This document shows positions 13,236 through 25,523 of a DNA stretch of 64,000 nt, in pieces; position 1 is the first letter of the stretch, and every line of letters begins with the position of its first letter. A program made the translations under genes and the position numbers. Below the pieces are notes generated by a model. That model searched no databases and had not been told where the DNA came from. It saw only the letters and a list, made by a program, of their open reading frames with translations. Source of the DNA: Octopus sinensis (lineage: Eukaryota); contig NC_043005.1 of the NCBI RefSeq assembly GCF_006345805.1, positions 43,896,001 through 43,960,000 of the forward strand. Reading direction: 5' to 3'.

Positions 13236-14649
13236 AAGGCGGGGCCACAGTCTAATGACTGAAACATAAATGATAAAGATATTAGGCATACCTGTATGGT
13301 TAAGAAGTTCACTTTGCAATCTCATGATTTTGGATTCAGTTTCACTGCACATTACCTTGGGCAAGTTTCTTCTAATCACTCTCTGCCAGCCAATTCGTTG
13401 TGAAAGAATCCACAAGGCTTTGATTGGCCTGGGGTTATGGTGGAAAATACTTGTCCAAGGTGCTATATACAATGGGATTAAATACAAGACTATATGGTTA
13501 GGAAAATAACTTTAATATCTTTTTAACTCTGTGATGTGGCTTAATCTTTTTTGTTATTTAAACTGGCCATACCCATCCCAGATATTCTATTGCTTTTATG
13601 TTTTGTGTTCAAACTGACCAGATCCAGTCTCTCACACATACCCACAATGTCATTGTAAAAATAAACAATCACATTTTTGAAACCTTGAAGCTGCAAGATA
13701 CCACATTGTTAATTCAAAATAGTGAAGGCACATGGCTCAGTGGTTAGAGCATTGTGCTCACAATCATGAAGTAGTGAGTTTGATTCCCAGACCTGGCTGT
13801 ATGTTGTGCTCTTGAGCAAGGCACTTTATATCATGTTACTCAGCTGTATCAGCCTTTGCCTTTCCTTTGGATAACATTAGTGGTGCGAAGAAGGAAGGCT
13901 GATGTGCATGGATGACTGCTGGTTTTCCATAAACATCTTTACTCAGACTTGTGCCTCGGAGGAGAACTTTCTAGGTATCATGGTCATTCATGACCAAAGT
14001 GGGTCTTTACTTCTTCTAATTCAAAATAATGTGAATAAACAAGCATTACTTTTGACAACAATTTGAAAGCTTAACTGGTTAAAAGACATTTCGCTGCTAT
14101 TTTCACACAGGTTCTATAACCATGTAGAAGCACTTTCATTTATTGGTTTATTGGATGGATAGCCAGCAGAGTATGTGAGGGGTTAAACCCGCAAGTTTTA
14201 GAAGCCATAACTATAATAGTTTCAGTAGATTAGGCTGTGGTTGAACACTGCATGTAATTTCATTGTTATGCTAATATTGTTGTAACATTGCATATGTTTT
14301 ACATGTTTAGACTATTTAAGGTGGCTATCAGCTCAATGTCAGAGCTTGGCTATTCGGTTGTATAAATCTTCTAAATGTAAAAGATCGCATGTGACTCTGG
14401 CTTTACTTGGATAAACTTAGCACAGCATAACAATGGCGCCGCCAGTTAAAAGCAGTGAACTTCCATTCAGAGACCCAGACATATAACAAAAGAATGGTTA
14501 TGATGCTTCGCTGCTGCAGCATGATTGAAAAATCTTCTGGACATAATTGACAAGAAACAAATAATGCATTTGTTTTAATATAATGGCTGTACACAAAGTT
14601 TCTTTAAGGGTTAACATGTGGAAAATGATGAATATTGTTTATGTCGTAA

Positions 14650-14921
14650 GAATTCAGAAACTTTGAGAGATATGAAATAAATTGCTTTTAATGATGAAAC
14701 TTAAAGCGGATAAAGCTATAAATAATAGGGTGTAAATATTAGGTTTTAAAAAAAAACCTTAGGATGTTAAAAGTCAAAGGCTCTAAGGCAGTCTTTGACT
14801 TTTACCATCCAAGGGTTTTTTAAACTCATTATTTGCATGTTGTCATTTATGGCTTTATCTGCTTCTGATTCCATCATAACTAATTCAGCATTTTAAAATG
14901 ATTTCTAAATTTCAGAGAATT
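14650..14921. repeat. Degenerate long inverted repeat (fold-back MITE-like)
   Basis: GGATGTTAAAAGTCAAAG / CTTTGACTTTTACCATCC and GCGGATAAAGCTATAAAT / ATTTATGGCTTTATCTGC are symmetric about ~14787. Confidence 0.7.
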
Positions 14922-15082
14922 GGCTAAATATTAAAAAAAGAAGAAAAAGTAAGAGTGACCTTGAGTTTATTACATGTTGATAGAAGCAAATAAATGTCCA
15001 ATTCTAAATATTGCTTTTGTTGATGTAAGCATGCACCATTAAAGTATCATGCATTTGATTTGTCATTGGCAGTGCATATACT

Positions 15083-15317
15083 CCAAGATACTTTATTTCA
15101 TGTTACTCCAGCTCACTCACCTGTAGAAATGAGTTGCGACATCACTGGTGCCAGGTTATATCAGCCTTTGCCTTTCTCTTGAATAACATCGGTAGTGTGG
15201 AGAGGGAAGACTGGTATGCATAGGTGACTGTTGGTCTTCCATAAACAACCTTGCCTGGACTTGTGCCTTGGAGGGGGACTTTCTATGGTCATTCATGACT
15301 GAAGGATCTTTACCTTT
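15083..15317 (+). mobile_element. 5'-truncated CORE-like SINE (family C) inserted in a U6 copy
   Basis: Matches the body of full copies at 13726-14010, 18595-18920 and 28260-28604 (-); TTTACC tail; flanked by CATATACT / CATATATT. Confidence 0.75.
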
Positions 15318-15407
15318 ACATATATTAAAACTGGAATGATACAGAGAAGATAGGCATGGCTCCTGTGCAAGGATGACATGCAAATTCACGAAGCGTTCCA
15401 CATTTTT
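15318..15407 (+). pseudogene. RNU6: U6 snRNA pseudogene (3' ~90 nt; probable 5' remnant at 15068-15082)
   Basis: ACATATATTAAAACTGGAATGATACAGAGAAGATAGGCATGGCTCCTGTGCAAGGATGACATGCAAATTCACGAAGCGTTCCACATTTTT aligns to U6, including the ACAGAGA box, ISL region and oligo-U end; ~10 substitutions, several at CpG; the AGC triad is changed to GGC. Confidence 0.93.
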
Positions 15408-15690
15408 AAAGATATAGGATGAATTTGTAAGAAAAGATCTTCAGACAATGGGCCTTACAGAGGAGGCGACAGGGCGCCAAGACTCCTGGCAGTTAGCTGT
15501 GCTTGAGAAGACACATTGAGTTAAGTAAAACCGAGATTGTCCTTGCATACAGGCATGTTCCCTGTATCACTCTCCAACTGAGTCTTCTTAATCTTGCAGG
15601 CTTGTGGGTACCAATGTCATAAAATGCATCCATACTGGCGTTATGCAAATGCACCCATGCCAGTGCTGTGTATAAGCACCCTTCATACTG

Positions 15691-15919
15691 TTAACCCTTT
15701 TGTTACTGTATTTATTTTGAGATGCTCTGTGTTTCTTCCAATTATTTTAAATATAACAAAGAATTAAGTAAAATAACATCGTTATCATTAAGCTAGTGTT
15801 AGGAACGTAAATTGTGACTAAGGTTTGGTGGAAGATTTTAATTCAAAACTTTTGAAAACCAGACATTTGTGCTAAAGAGCCAGAGCTGGTTTCAGACAGG
15901 TTGGTAACGAAAGGGTTAA
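15691..15919. mobile_element. piggyBac-family MITE inserted into a (GAT)n-tailed repeat
   Basis: TTAA-CCCTTTTGTTAC ... GTAACGAAAGGG-TTAA; same TIR as 47905-48946. Confidence 0.8.
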
Positions 15920-16095
15920 GTGGTTGGCAATAGGATGTGCATCCAGCTGTAAAAATCTTGCCAAACCAGACATAGAGCCTGGGCAGTTCTTCAGCTGGCC
16001 GGCTCCTGTCAAACCAGCCAATGCATGCCAGCATAGTAAACAGATGTTGCATGATGATGATAGCCACGTAAAAAAAAAAAAAACATATTAAATGT

Positions 16096-16510
16096 AGGCG
16101 CAGGAGTGGCTGTGTGGTAAGTAGCTTGTTTACCAACCACATGGTTCCAGGTTCAGTCCCACTGCATGGCACCTTGGGCAAGTGTCTTCTACTATAGCCT
16201 CAGGCCAACCAAAGCCTTGTGAGTGGATTTGGTAGATGGAAACTTAAAGAAACCTGTCATATATATGTGTATATATATATGTGTGTGTGTGTGTATGTTT
16301 GTATGTCTGTGTTTGTTCCCCCAACATCGCTTGACAACCGATGCTGGTGTGTTTATGTCCCCGTCACTTAGCGGTTCGGCAAAAGAGGCTGATAAAAATA
16401 AGTACTGGGCTTACAAAGAATAAGTCCCAGGGTCGAGTTGCTCGATTAAAGGCGGTGCTCCAGCATGGCTGCAGTCAAATGACTGAAACAAGTAAAAAAG
16501 TAAAAGAGTA
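16096..16510 (+). mobile_element. Well-preserved full-length family A SINE
   Basis: AGGCGCAGGAGTGGCTGTGTGGTAAG (A box) ... GGTTCAGTCCC (B box) ... GTAAAAGAG tail; similar intact copies at 43810-44187 (-) and 51203-51618 (-). Confidence 0.85.
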
Positions 16511-17729
16511 GAAAAAGAAACACTTTCAGGGTGTGTTAACTTACAAAACATTTCAAGGAAAATGAAGGCTTTGAAAACTTCTGCAAGTGTTTATGGAATT
16601 GGCCTAAAAGAGCTACTTTAGCCAGTTAAGAATACACAAGACTTGCTTTCACTTTCCGTTTATTTCTTGAAATACTGAAATTTTCATTGCACCTTTTTGA
16701 CCTGGTCATTGACACAGTTCTTCTGCATCTGTTAGAAATTAGTTACAGGTAAGTTTATATGATTCTTAGAGATTTTTCATAACTCTCTTTGTCTCTGTAC
16801 CTCCTCTCTCTCTCTCTCATTGAATATTTTGGGCATATGCATTCTTGTTTTAACCTTTTGCCATGGGCTACCATAAATACTTTTAGTTTCAGTTCTTCTG
16901 TTGGTCTGTAAATTTTATATTTCTCTTTCTGCAGTTCCTTCTATTTGTGTGCATACATACACCTGTGATTTGTCTTGCGTATTATTTATAAATTATTATT
17001 TGGTTTCTTTCTTTTTTTTTTTTGTTTACCATTTAAATGCATCAGCTTTGGAAGAATTTAATTTCAATAGAATAACTTAGCAGATTAAACATAGCAAACC
17101 ATGTCTACAAATGTTAAAAAATAAACCATGGCAACAAAATGTTAGAATAGAACCTAAAAGTCGCTTACAGAGGTCAAACAGCAGCTGTACTGTAGCCACA
17201 TGTTCAAAAGGTAAACAAAGGCAAAATGAAACTAAATAAGACCATAAATTAAAGAAAAACTCCTGAAGATTTTTTAAAAAAATTTTCTGTAAGTAATTTT
17301 CAACATTTGTAGTGGAATTGTCAGTGAACAGGTTACAGTAAGATGAAAACTTTGGCACCTTAAGAATCTTAAGAACTTGTAGATTAATTTAGTTATAACC
17401 AAAACAAAGAAAGTGTTATCTCAAACTAAAGCAGTTTGATGGCACATTCATTGAATATTTTGGTAAGTTTGATGCTTTCGTGGAAACTGATAACACTTCC
17501 TGATTATGTTGAATGTAAAAACAAAAATCATAAATTATGGCTTGCTTGGGAGGAATGTGATAATTCAACATTAATTCTTGAGATTGAAGTTTCGAAACAA
17601 TTTAGGTGATTAAAGGGTTTTAAAGCTGACATTTTTCTGAATGGGAATACCAGATCATGGTATTTTGTAGACATGGCTATGCCAATCCACATTAAATTAA
17701 TTAGTCATTACGAAGCTAAGGGAAGTACT

Positions 17730-17736
17730 TACATTT

Positions 17737-17768
<32 letters not shown>

Positions 17769-18489
17769 CGTGCGTGCGTGTGTGTATGTATGTATTCTTT
17801 TATTTGTTTCAGTCATTTGACTGCGACTATGCTGGAACACTATCTTCAAGGGTTCAAGGGTTCTTTTTCTTTTAGTCGAACAAATCGACCCCAGGATTTA
17901 TTCTTTGTAAGCCTGATACTTATTCTGTTGGTCTCTTTTGCCAAGCTGCTAAGTTATGGGGACGTTAACACACCAAGGGATGTAGATGGGGGAGGGGGCA
18001 AACACTGACACAGAGACACACATATAGATACACAAACACACAAGCTTTTTACAGTTTCCATCTACCAAATCCCTCACAAGGTGCCACACAGTGGGACTGA
18101 ACCCAGAACCATGTGGTTGGGTATCAATCTTCTTAGCACACAATTACACCTGCGCCTACATATATATATAAATATAGTAGTATAGAAGTGGATGTGTGGC
18201 ATGAAGCTTGCTTCCCTACCACATCATTCCAGGTTCAGTCCCTGTGTAGCACCTTGGGCAAGTGTCTTCTGCTATAGCCTCAGGTCAACCAATGTCTTGA
18301 GAGCAGATTTAATAGACAGAAAATGAAAATGTGTGTGTGTGTCTTTGTGACTGTCACCCCACACCAGTTTGACAACTGGTGCTGGTATGTAACTTAGCCG
18401 TTTGGCAAAAGGGACCGATAGAATAAGTACCAGGCTTTTTAAAAAAAAAGAAGAATAATTGGGGCTGATTCATTTGGCTAAAATTCCTC
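17730..18489 (+). repeat. Derived copy of the 12468-13235 duplication
   Basis: Near-identical; ends abruptly inside the SINE at AAATTCCTC; no TSD evident. Confidence 0.9.
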
Positions 18490-20371
18490 TTGGAAAAATT
18501 TTCACCTGAAAGAAGTGGAGGAGAATTTTCTCAGTGGTTGTAAAAGGGAAAAGAAAAAAAAGACGGTAGAAATCTCAGAATATGTGAAAGTTTTCACATG
18601 GCTCTCTGGTTAGAGCATCAGGATCACAGTCATGAGGTAGTGAGTTCAATTCCCAGACTAGGCTGTGTTGTTTTCTTGAGCAAGACACTTTATTTCACGT
18701 TGCTCCAGTCCACTCAGCTGTAGAAATGAGCTGCAACATCACTGGCGCTAAGTTGTATTGGCCTTTGCTTTTCCCTTGGATAACATTGGTGGCATGGAGA
18801 GGGGAGGCTAATATGCATGGGTGACTGCTGGTCTTCCATAACTTGTGTCTTGGAGGGAAACTTTCTAGATGTAATCCTATGGTCGTTCATGACCAAGAGG
18901 GCGGGGAGGTCTTTTACTTTACTGATAAAGGAATTTATATCACTAGACCATTTACTAAGCAAGAATTAGGGATGTAAAAACAACAATGAAGAATCAATTA
19001 GTATCTTTTCTTGAATTTGTCAATTTCTATCAGTATCATCATCATCATTATAATGTAACGTCTGTTGTTCTTGCTGGAATGGGTTGGACAGTTAGACTAT
19101 AGCTAGCAAGCTGGGGGGGGGGGGCTGCACCAAACTCCAGTCTGATTTGGCATGGTTTCTATGGCTGGATGCCCTTCCCATTGCCAACCACTTCAGTGTG
19201 CAGGGTGCTTTCACATGGCACTGCATGGGCAATTGGTCATTATTCAGACTTCACACTTGCATCACTTTGTAAATATGTTGTCCCGTCTTCATAGGGAATT
19301 CAACAACAGATGCTATTTTAGCATATAAAGCTTTATATAAAGCTTTATCAAAGCCGGTGATCCTCATTTATGATGTCACAAGAGGTTTTATGAACAACTG
19401 ATACAAGTGAAAAGGTTATATCAAGAATATTTTCTCAAAACAGCCATCCTGGACTTTATTTGCTGAAATCTCTAACCACAGTTGAGAGGAGCCTTGATGT
19501 CTGTATGGTATATTGAAAAACAGTATTTTCTGCTCGGACAACATTTTACAAGTCTCAGATCATAGGTAACTGGAATAGTTTTTAGTAAAAATTATGTGTC
19601 TTCTAGATGGGTTTTACAACTGATAGCATTTGATATATAATGTAAAGGGATCTTAAATAGTTCATGTTGATGCATTATCACAGTTGTGATTTATTGGTTT
19701 AGCTGAATGATAATGTTGTTATTTTTCGTGATGTATGTATTAATGGCAAATCTGTTGAAATTCTATGTACCAAAGTTGCTCATCATCATTTCACATCCAT
19801 TGTCGATGCTGACATAAGTTGGATGGTTTGACAGGGGCTGGCAAACTGGAGATCTACACCAGACTCCAATCATCATTGTCATGTTTAACATGATGATGAT
19901 GATGATTTATTTTTCCATCTAATGAAGATTGTTATTATTAAGTGTATAAATATAAAGTTGAAGGCTGCCAATGATAATATTTAAAATAGTAAATTAAAAA
20001 AACATTTTTTTAAAAATAATAAATAGGTCGATTTTTTTGGTTGTTGAAAAGGCATTAAAAGTCATAGAAACACTGAAAGATGGTATCTTGTATAATGGAT
20101 GATTAATTGTCCCACCAAAAGAAATGATAAAATTTATACATGTTGTGCATTGGTATCTCAACAGCAACAAAGAATTGGTGGAGATTAGAAGCCTAGTCGT
20201 CGGGTTACTGTGAAAATGTAGAATGACATGTCCAGCATGTGGTAGAATAAAACCAGAATTATCTGACTCATTGCTCACATGATTTAAAGAAATTAATGCA
20301 TAGATATGGTGTGCGTGTAGATTAATACTTATGTCAAGAATTATGGACTGTTCTTAATATTTGTTGATGCA

Positions 20372-20800
20372 AAGGCAGCAAGCTGGCAGAATTGTTAGCA
20401 CATTGGGCAAAATGGTTAGCAGCATTTCATATATCTAAATGTTCTGGGTTCAAATTCTACTGAGGCTGATTTTTGCCTTTCATCCTTTCGAAGCCGATAA
20501 AATAAGTACCAGCTGAGCAAACCCCTCCCCCGAAATTGCTGGCCTTGTGCCAAAAATTGAAACCAATATTAAGTTGCCCAAAGGTGGCAAGCTGGCAAAA
20601 TCGTAAGCACACTGGGCACAGTACTTAGTTGCATTTCATCCATATGTATGTTCCGAGTTCAAATTCTGCTGTGGTTAATTTTTGCTTTTCATCCCCTCAG
20701 GGTTGATAAAATAAGTAGCAGTTGAACATTAGGACCAATGCAATCAACTTACCCCTTCTTCCAAAATTGCTGGACTTGTGCCAGAATTTGAAGTCACTAT
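20372..20800 (+). mobile_element. Two head-to-tail family B SINEs (Meta/MESC-like central domain)
   Basis: AAGGCAGCAAGCTGGCAGAA ... GCCTTTCATCCTTTCG ... GATAAAATAAGTACCAG occurs twice (starts ~20372 and ~20581). Confidence 0.7.
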
Positions 20801-23067
20801 TTCTTGATGCATTTTCTGGGTGGTCATAAGAAACAGGAATAAAGGAGAGACAGATAATTAAGAATTGAGTTTTTGTGAGGTGGGTGTCGAGAAATAGTGT
20901 TTCAGAAACACTAACAATGCCTGTAAGTTTTCTAATAAAGCTTTATATACAATAAGATGGCATGTAAACCTATGACAATACATCCATATCATCTCGAATA
21001 AAATGGAATTGCTAAAGGAATAGTTGTACATATTAAAATGGGTTTAAAAGCACATTCACTAAGTAAAGTGTCTATTAATATATATTTAATTTGCATGCTT
21101 TTGAGTTATCAGACAACGCCTCTCTTTTGAAGACTTCTTTGTCCATCTGCTTAGGTGGCAGACAAATATGATCACCAATAACAATGTTTTATGAAACTGC
21201 AGCTCCAGTTTTGGTATTGATGCAGAAGAAATGATAAACCACAACAAGCTAGATTTATATCTGAAGCAGGAAATAATACAGCTGTGGTTCTTAAAATGAA
21301 TTAGCTCACACAGATCAAATAAATAATGACACAAATATTGATAGTGAATGAAAATACAGAATCAGTCAGTACAAGCTTTGAATGATATTCCAGACTCTAA
21401 TAAAGATTGTAATTTGACAACCAATACAAGAACAAGCATTGCAAATGATGGTAGGCATTATTCTGAAATAGTGAAAGGAATTAAGCCAAATCATTTCTGG
21501 GTGATAGGATATTGTTATGCTAATATTATTGCTGTGTTGCATGTGTTTTCATGCTGATTAAGACTATTTAAAGTGAAGGCACATTGCTTAGTGGTTAGGG
21601 TGTTGGATTCACAACTGTAAGATTGTGGTTTCGATCCTTGAGCAAAACATTTTGTTTCATGTTGCTTCAGTTCACTCAGTTGTAGAAATGAGTGTAGCCT
21701 GACAGAGAGATGGGCTTAGATCTCGCCCTAGATAAGCCACATGGCTGCAGCGCCCCAACAACCCCCGAGGGATTAAGGGACTTATCAGTTGTCAGTGGCT
21801 AGCATTTCAGACTCAGAACTTGGTGTTTAGTTAACCAAAGCTTCTGAATGTAAGAGAACCACTTGTGACTATGGTTGTCCCTTGATAGTGTGAGACAACA
21901 GCATGATAGAAGACTTCTGGTGCTAATGAAGACCTCCTATATACCATCTTAGATACAGAAACAAGGCTATATAGTGGATGAGCTCCTTATTTAGTGTTAA
22001 ATCGTTCTCAAGAAAATATGATTTTGTATTTTCTATTCTTCCTATGTGTGAATAATGCTGTGAGTTAGTATATTTCTGATTTGCAATTATTTACAAATGA
22101 GGTTTCTCTATCCATACTTGTATTTTTATATTATATTTGCTATAAATCTGGGATTTCAATTCCGAATTATCTTTATCATGGAATTAAGTCAGGTTAGTAT
22201 TAGGAAAAATGAATAGCTTAATTCTTAATGTCTTATGAGATTAATTTTAATATGATTTAAATTATCTTGTATCAGAATTTCCCTTAATATCATGCTTGTC
22301 TTCTCTTTAAATAATTATTCTGAGGATTATTAAAGTTGGATTTAATTTTTGAAAATTTCTTAGTGAGCCTCTGAGGGTTTCTTATTACTATAGTAGCTAT
22401 TATGTTATCTGATTTATTTTTTTGTTTTCGCTAAGTAATATTATGTAATACTATTATACCAGTTTTTAGTTTCTATTTTTTAATTCTTTTTCTTGACTTT
22501 TGAAATGTTTTCAAAATTGTTCAATCTTATGTATGATGTGAATGGCTTGACCAGATCCTACATTGTGTATGTGCGCGCACACACATACACATATAGATGC
22601 ATGCATAACTATATGGTAAGAGGTTTGCTTCCCAACTACATGGTTCTGGGTTCAGTCCCCCAGCATGGCACCTTGAGCAAGTGGCTTCCACTATAGCCTC
22701 ATGTCAACCAAAGCCTTGTGAGTGGATTTTGTAGGCAGAAACTGAGAGAAGCTTGGTATATATAAGTGTGTGTGTGTGTCTGTTTGTGTCTTTGTGTGTG
22801 TTTATGTACCCCATAACTTAGAGGTTTGGTAAAAGTGATTAACAGAATAGGTACCAGTATTAAAGATGAAAGTTTTATATATATATATCTATCTATCTAT
22901 CTATATATATATATATATATATTTATATATAGAGGGCATTATACATACATGCCAGAGGGCATTATACATACATGCCACACGCTAAGAGGGACAATTAGTC
23001 ATTTCTACCAAAAATATTACTAATCCCACCGAATGCAATTTTTCAAAGTAAGACATTTAAAAAATAT

Positions 23068-23115
23068 AGACCTGTATCACAGTGATTTCATACTTACGTA
23101 TTCATCAGCAGGCCT
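23068..23115 (-). ncRNA. Type I hammerhead ribozyme (inverted copy)
   Basis: Exact reverse complement of 23751-23798. Confidence 0.85.
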
Positions 23116-23750
23116 GAATGTATCATAAATAAACGACCCTGCCCCGCTTAAGCCGATCAGCTAACTGATCAACATCAACGAAGCACATGGGTGAGTTTAC
23201 ATATATTACATCCTGTAAATGGCATACTTTTACGAATTGCATTTCGGGAAAGGAAAAGTTTTTTCGGAATAAAAATTTAGCAATTAAGGACAACTACTTA
23301 ATAAGGAAAACTTAACAAGAAATTGTCAGGTAGATAGCGTGAAAACCTCATAAGAGAATAAATTTCGAAAATAATTATTTCTTATTGAACATATTAATTT
23401 ATATATAGCGTGTGGCATGTATGTATAATGCCCTCTGGCATGTATGTATAATGCCCTCTATATATAAATTAATATGTTCAATAAGAAATAATTATTTTCG
23501 AAATTTATTCTCTTATGAGGTTTTCACGCTATCTACCTGACAATTTCTTGTTAAGTTTTCCTTATTAAGTAGTTGTCCTTAATTGCTAAATTTTTATTCC
23601 GAAAAAACTTTTCCTTTCCTGAAATGCAATTCGTAAAAGTATGCCATTTACAGGAGGTAATATATGTAAACTCACCCATGTGCTTCGTTGATGTTGATCA
23701 GTTAGCTGATCGGCTTAAGCGGGGCAGGGTCGTTTATTTATGATACATTC

Positions 23751-23798
23751 AGGCCTGCTGATGAATACGTAAGTATGAAATCACTGTGATACAGGTCT
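23751..23798 (+). ncRNA. Type I hammerhead ribozyme
   Basis: Stem I AGGCCTG/CAGGTCT; core CTGATGA (23758-64); stem II ATAC-GTAA-GTAT; GAAA (23777-80); stem III TCAC-T-GTGA; AUA triplet with predicted cut after 23791. Confidence 0.85.
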
Positions 23799-24064
23799 AT
23801 ATTTTTTAAATGTCTTTCTTTGAAAAATTGCATTCGGTGGGATTAGTAATATTTTTGGTAGAAATGACTAATTGTCCCTCTTAGCGTGTGGCATGTATGT
23901 ATAATGCCCTCTGGCATGTATGTATAATGCCCTCTATATATAAATTAATATGTTCAATAAGAAATAATTATTTTCGAAATTTATTTCTTATGAGGTTTTC
24001 ACGCTATCTACCTGACAATTTCTTGTTAAGTTTTCCTTATTAAGTAGTTGTCCTTAATTGCTAA

Positions 24065-24095
<31 letters not shown>

Positions 24096-24443
24096 AATAT
24101 ATATATTTTTTCTTTTACTTGTTTCAGTCATTTGACCCTAAGACTTATATTTTTAAGCCTATTTTAAATCATAACAGTAGGTTATGGGGATGTAAACACA
24201 TCAACTGCAATTTTCAAGCAAAGGTTGGGGGACAAGCACAGACTAACAAACAGGCACACATGAAAACATATACATAAAGATATACGATAAGCTTCTTTCA
24301 GTTTCCATCTACCAAATCTACTCAAAGCTTTGGTCAGTTCGAGGCTATAGTTGAAGACACTTGCCCAAGGTGCTACGCAGTGGGACTGAACCCGGAACCA
24401 TGTGGTTGGGAAGTAAGCTTCTTACCACACAGCGATGCTTGCA

Positions 24444-24480
<37 letters not shown>

Positions 24481-24504
24481 TTATATAATATATATATATA
24501 TATA

Positions 24505-24843
24505 TTGGTTCATCCCATAAATAATGTTTTTTTTTCTATACTTCTTTTATTTTTCAAAATCAAGGTAAACAGGGTTCTTTTTTAATCTAAAATATGCACT
24601 CCTTCATTTTCTACAATGCTCTTCCATCTATCTGGTGCATTTGTAGAGCCCATCTTCCAAAATTCACTTGTCCATTATAGCTGTTAAAATCAAACTGCAC
24701 TCTTCAAAACTTGCACTAAGAATAAGTACAAGGTAAAACTACTACCTGCTTTTATAGCAAGTTGATGCAAATAGTTTATCCCATCCCTCTCTGATTTTAA
24801 ATTCATGCAATTGAAAAAAACCACATTATATATGGGATGATCC
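24505..24843 (-). mobile_element. Internally deleted mariner derivative
   Basis: TIR-like ends TCATCCCATAAATAATG / CATTATATATGGGATGA; minus strand encodes PDRWKSIVENEG, resembling a mariner transposase C-terminus. Confidence 0.6.
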
Positions 24844-25523
24844 CCCCACACACATATACATACACACACACATACACAGCCTTCCAGAATTCTCCTGAAC
24901 AGGCAGTAGTTAATTAGGAAATAATATATGTTTATAAGAAAATTAATGGATAGTAAAAGTGACAAGCAGAGTAGGAAGAACTCATGTGTTTTATGAAAGA
25001 ACCCAAGCAGTATATCAAAATCAGCCCTTCTGCCCCACCACAAGATCATTCCATGATTCATATCTAAAAATAGAAACATTTAAATGTTCATTTATTTTGT
25101 TTGAAAAATTTACTATAGACTGCAACATTTTCCTTAATAGTCTAATAGTGTTCACTAATTTCTAAGCTGTGCAGGCTTTAACTAGAATAATTTTAACCGA
25201 GTCAATTTTAGTTGCTTTTTTTTTTTTTTTTTTTTTAAGAAATTATAGAAACCAATAACTGCAGTAAATGAATGGTGTTTGATTATTGATCTCTTATCAA
25301 ATCTTGCTACTTATTTTCCGTCATCCTGGCTCAGTAAGCAACAACTCTTCAGTTAAGTGCTTGTGAAAGGCTTTTGCTAATACCTTTGTGAGAATTCTTT
25401 GCACGCAGGGTGCAGCTGTGCGGTAGGAAGCTTGTTTCCCAACCAAATGGTTCCGGGTTCAGTCCCACTGTATGGAAGCCTTGTGTGTGGATTTGGTGGA
25501 CGGAAACAGAAAACACCCCTTTG

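Larger units (their letters stand above)
22921..24070. mobile_element. Penelope-like/retrozyme-type insertion: 476-bp unit as one inverted copy plus a partial-full-partial tandem, within (TA)n
   Basis: 22921-23408 is the reverse complement of 23458-23945 (3 mismatches seen); ATATATAAATTAATATG recurs at 23460 and 23936 (period 476); internal 23-bp doublet AGAGGGCATTATACATACATGCC; no ORF; one hammerhead per unit. Confidence 0.75.

Noticed and set aside
15318-15407. Functional U6 gene
   Set aside because: The 5' stem-loop is separated or decayed, the catalytic AGC is mutated, and there are multiple CpG transitions
16096-16170. tRNA-like A/B boxes at SINE heads
   Set aside because: No complete cloverleaf; they continue into SINE bodies, so they are not tRNA genes
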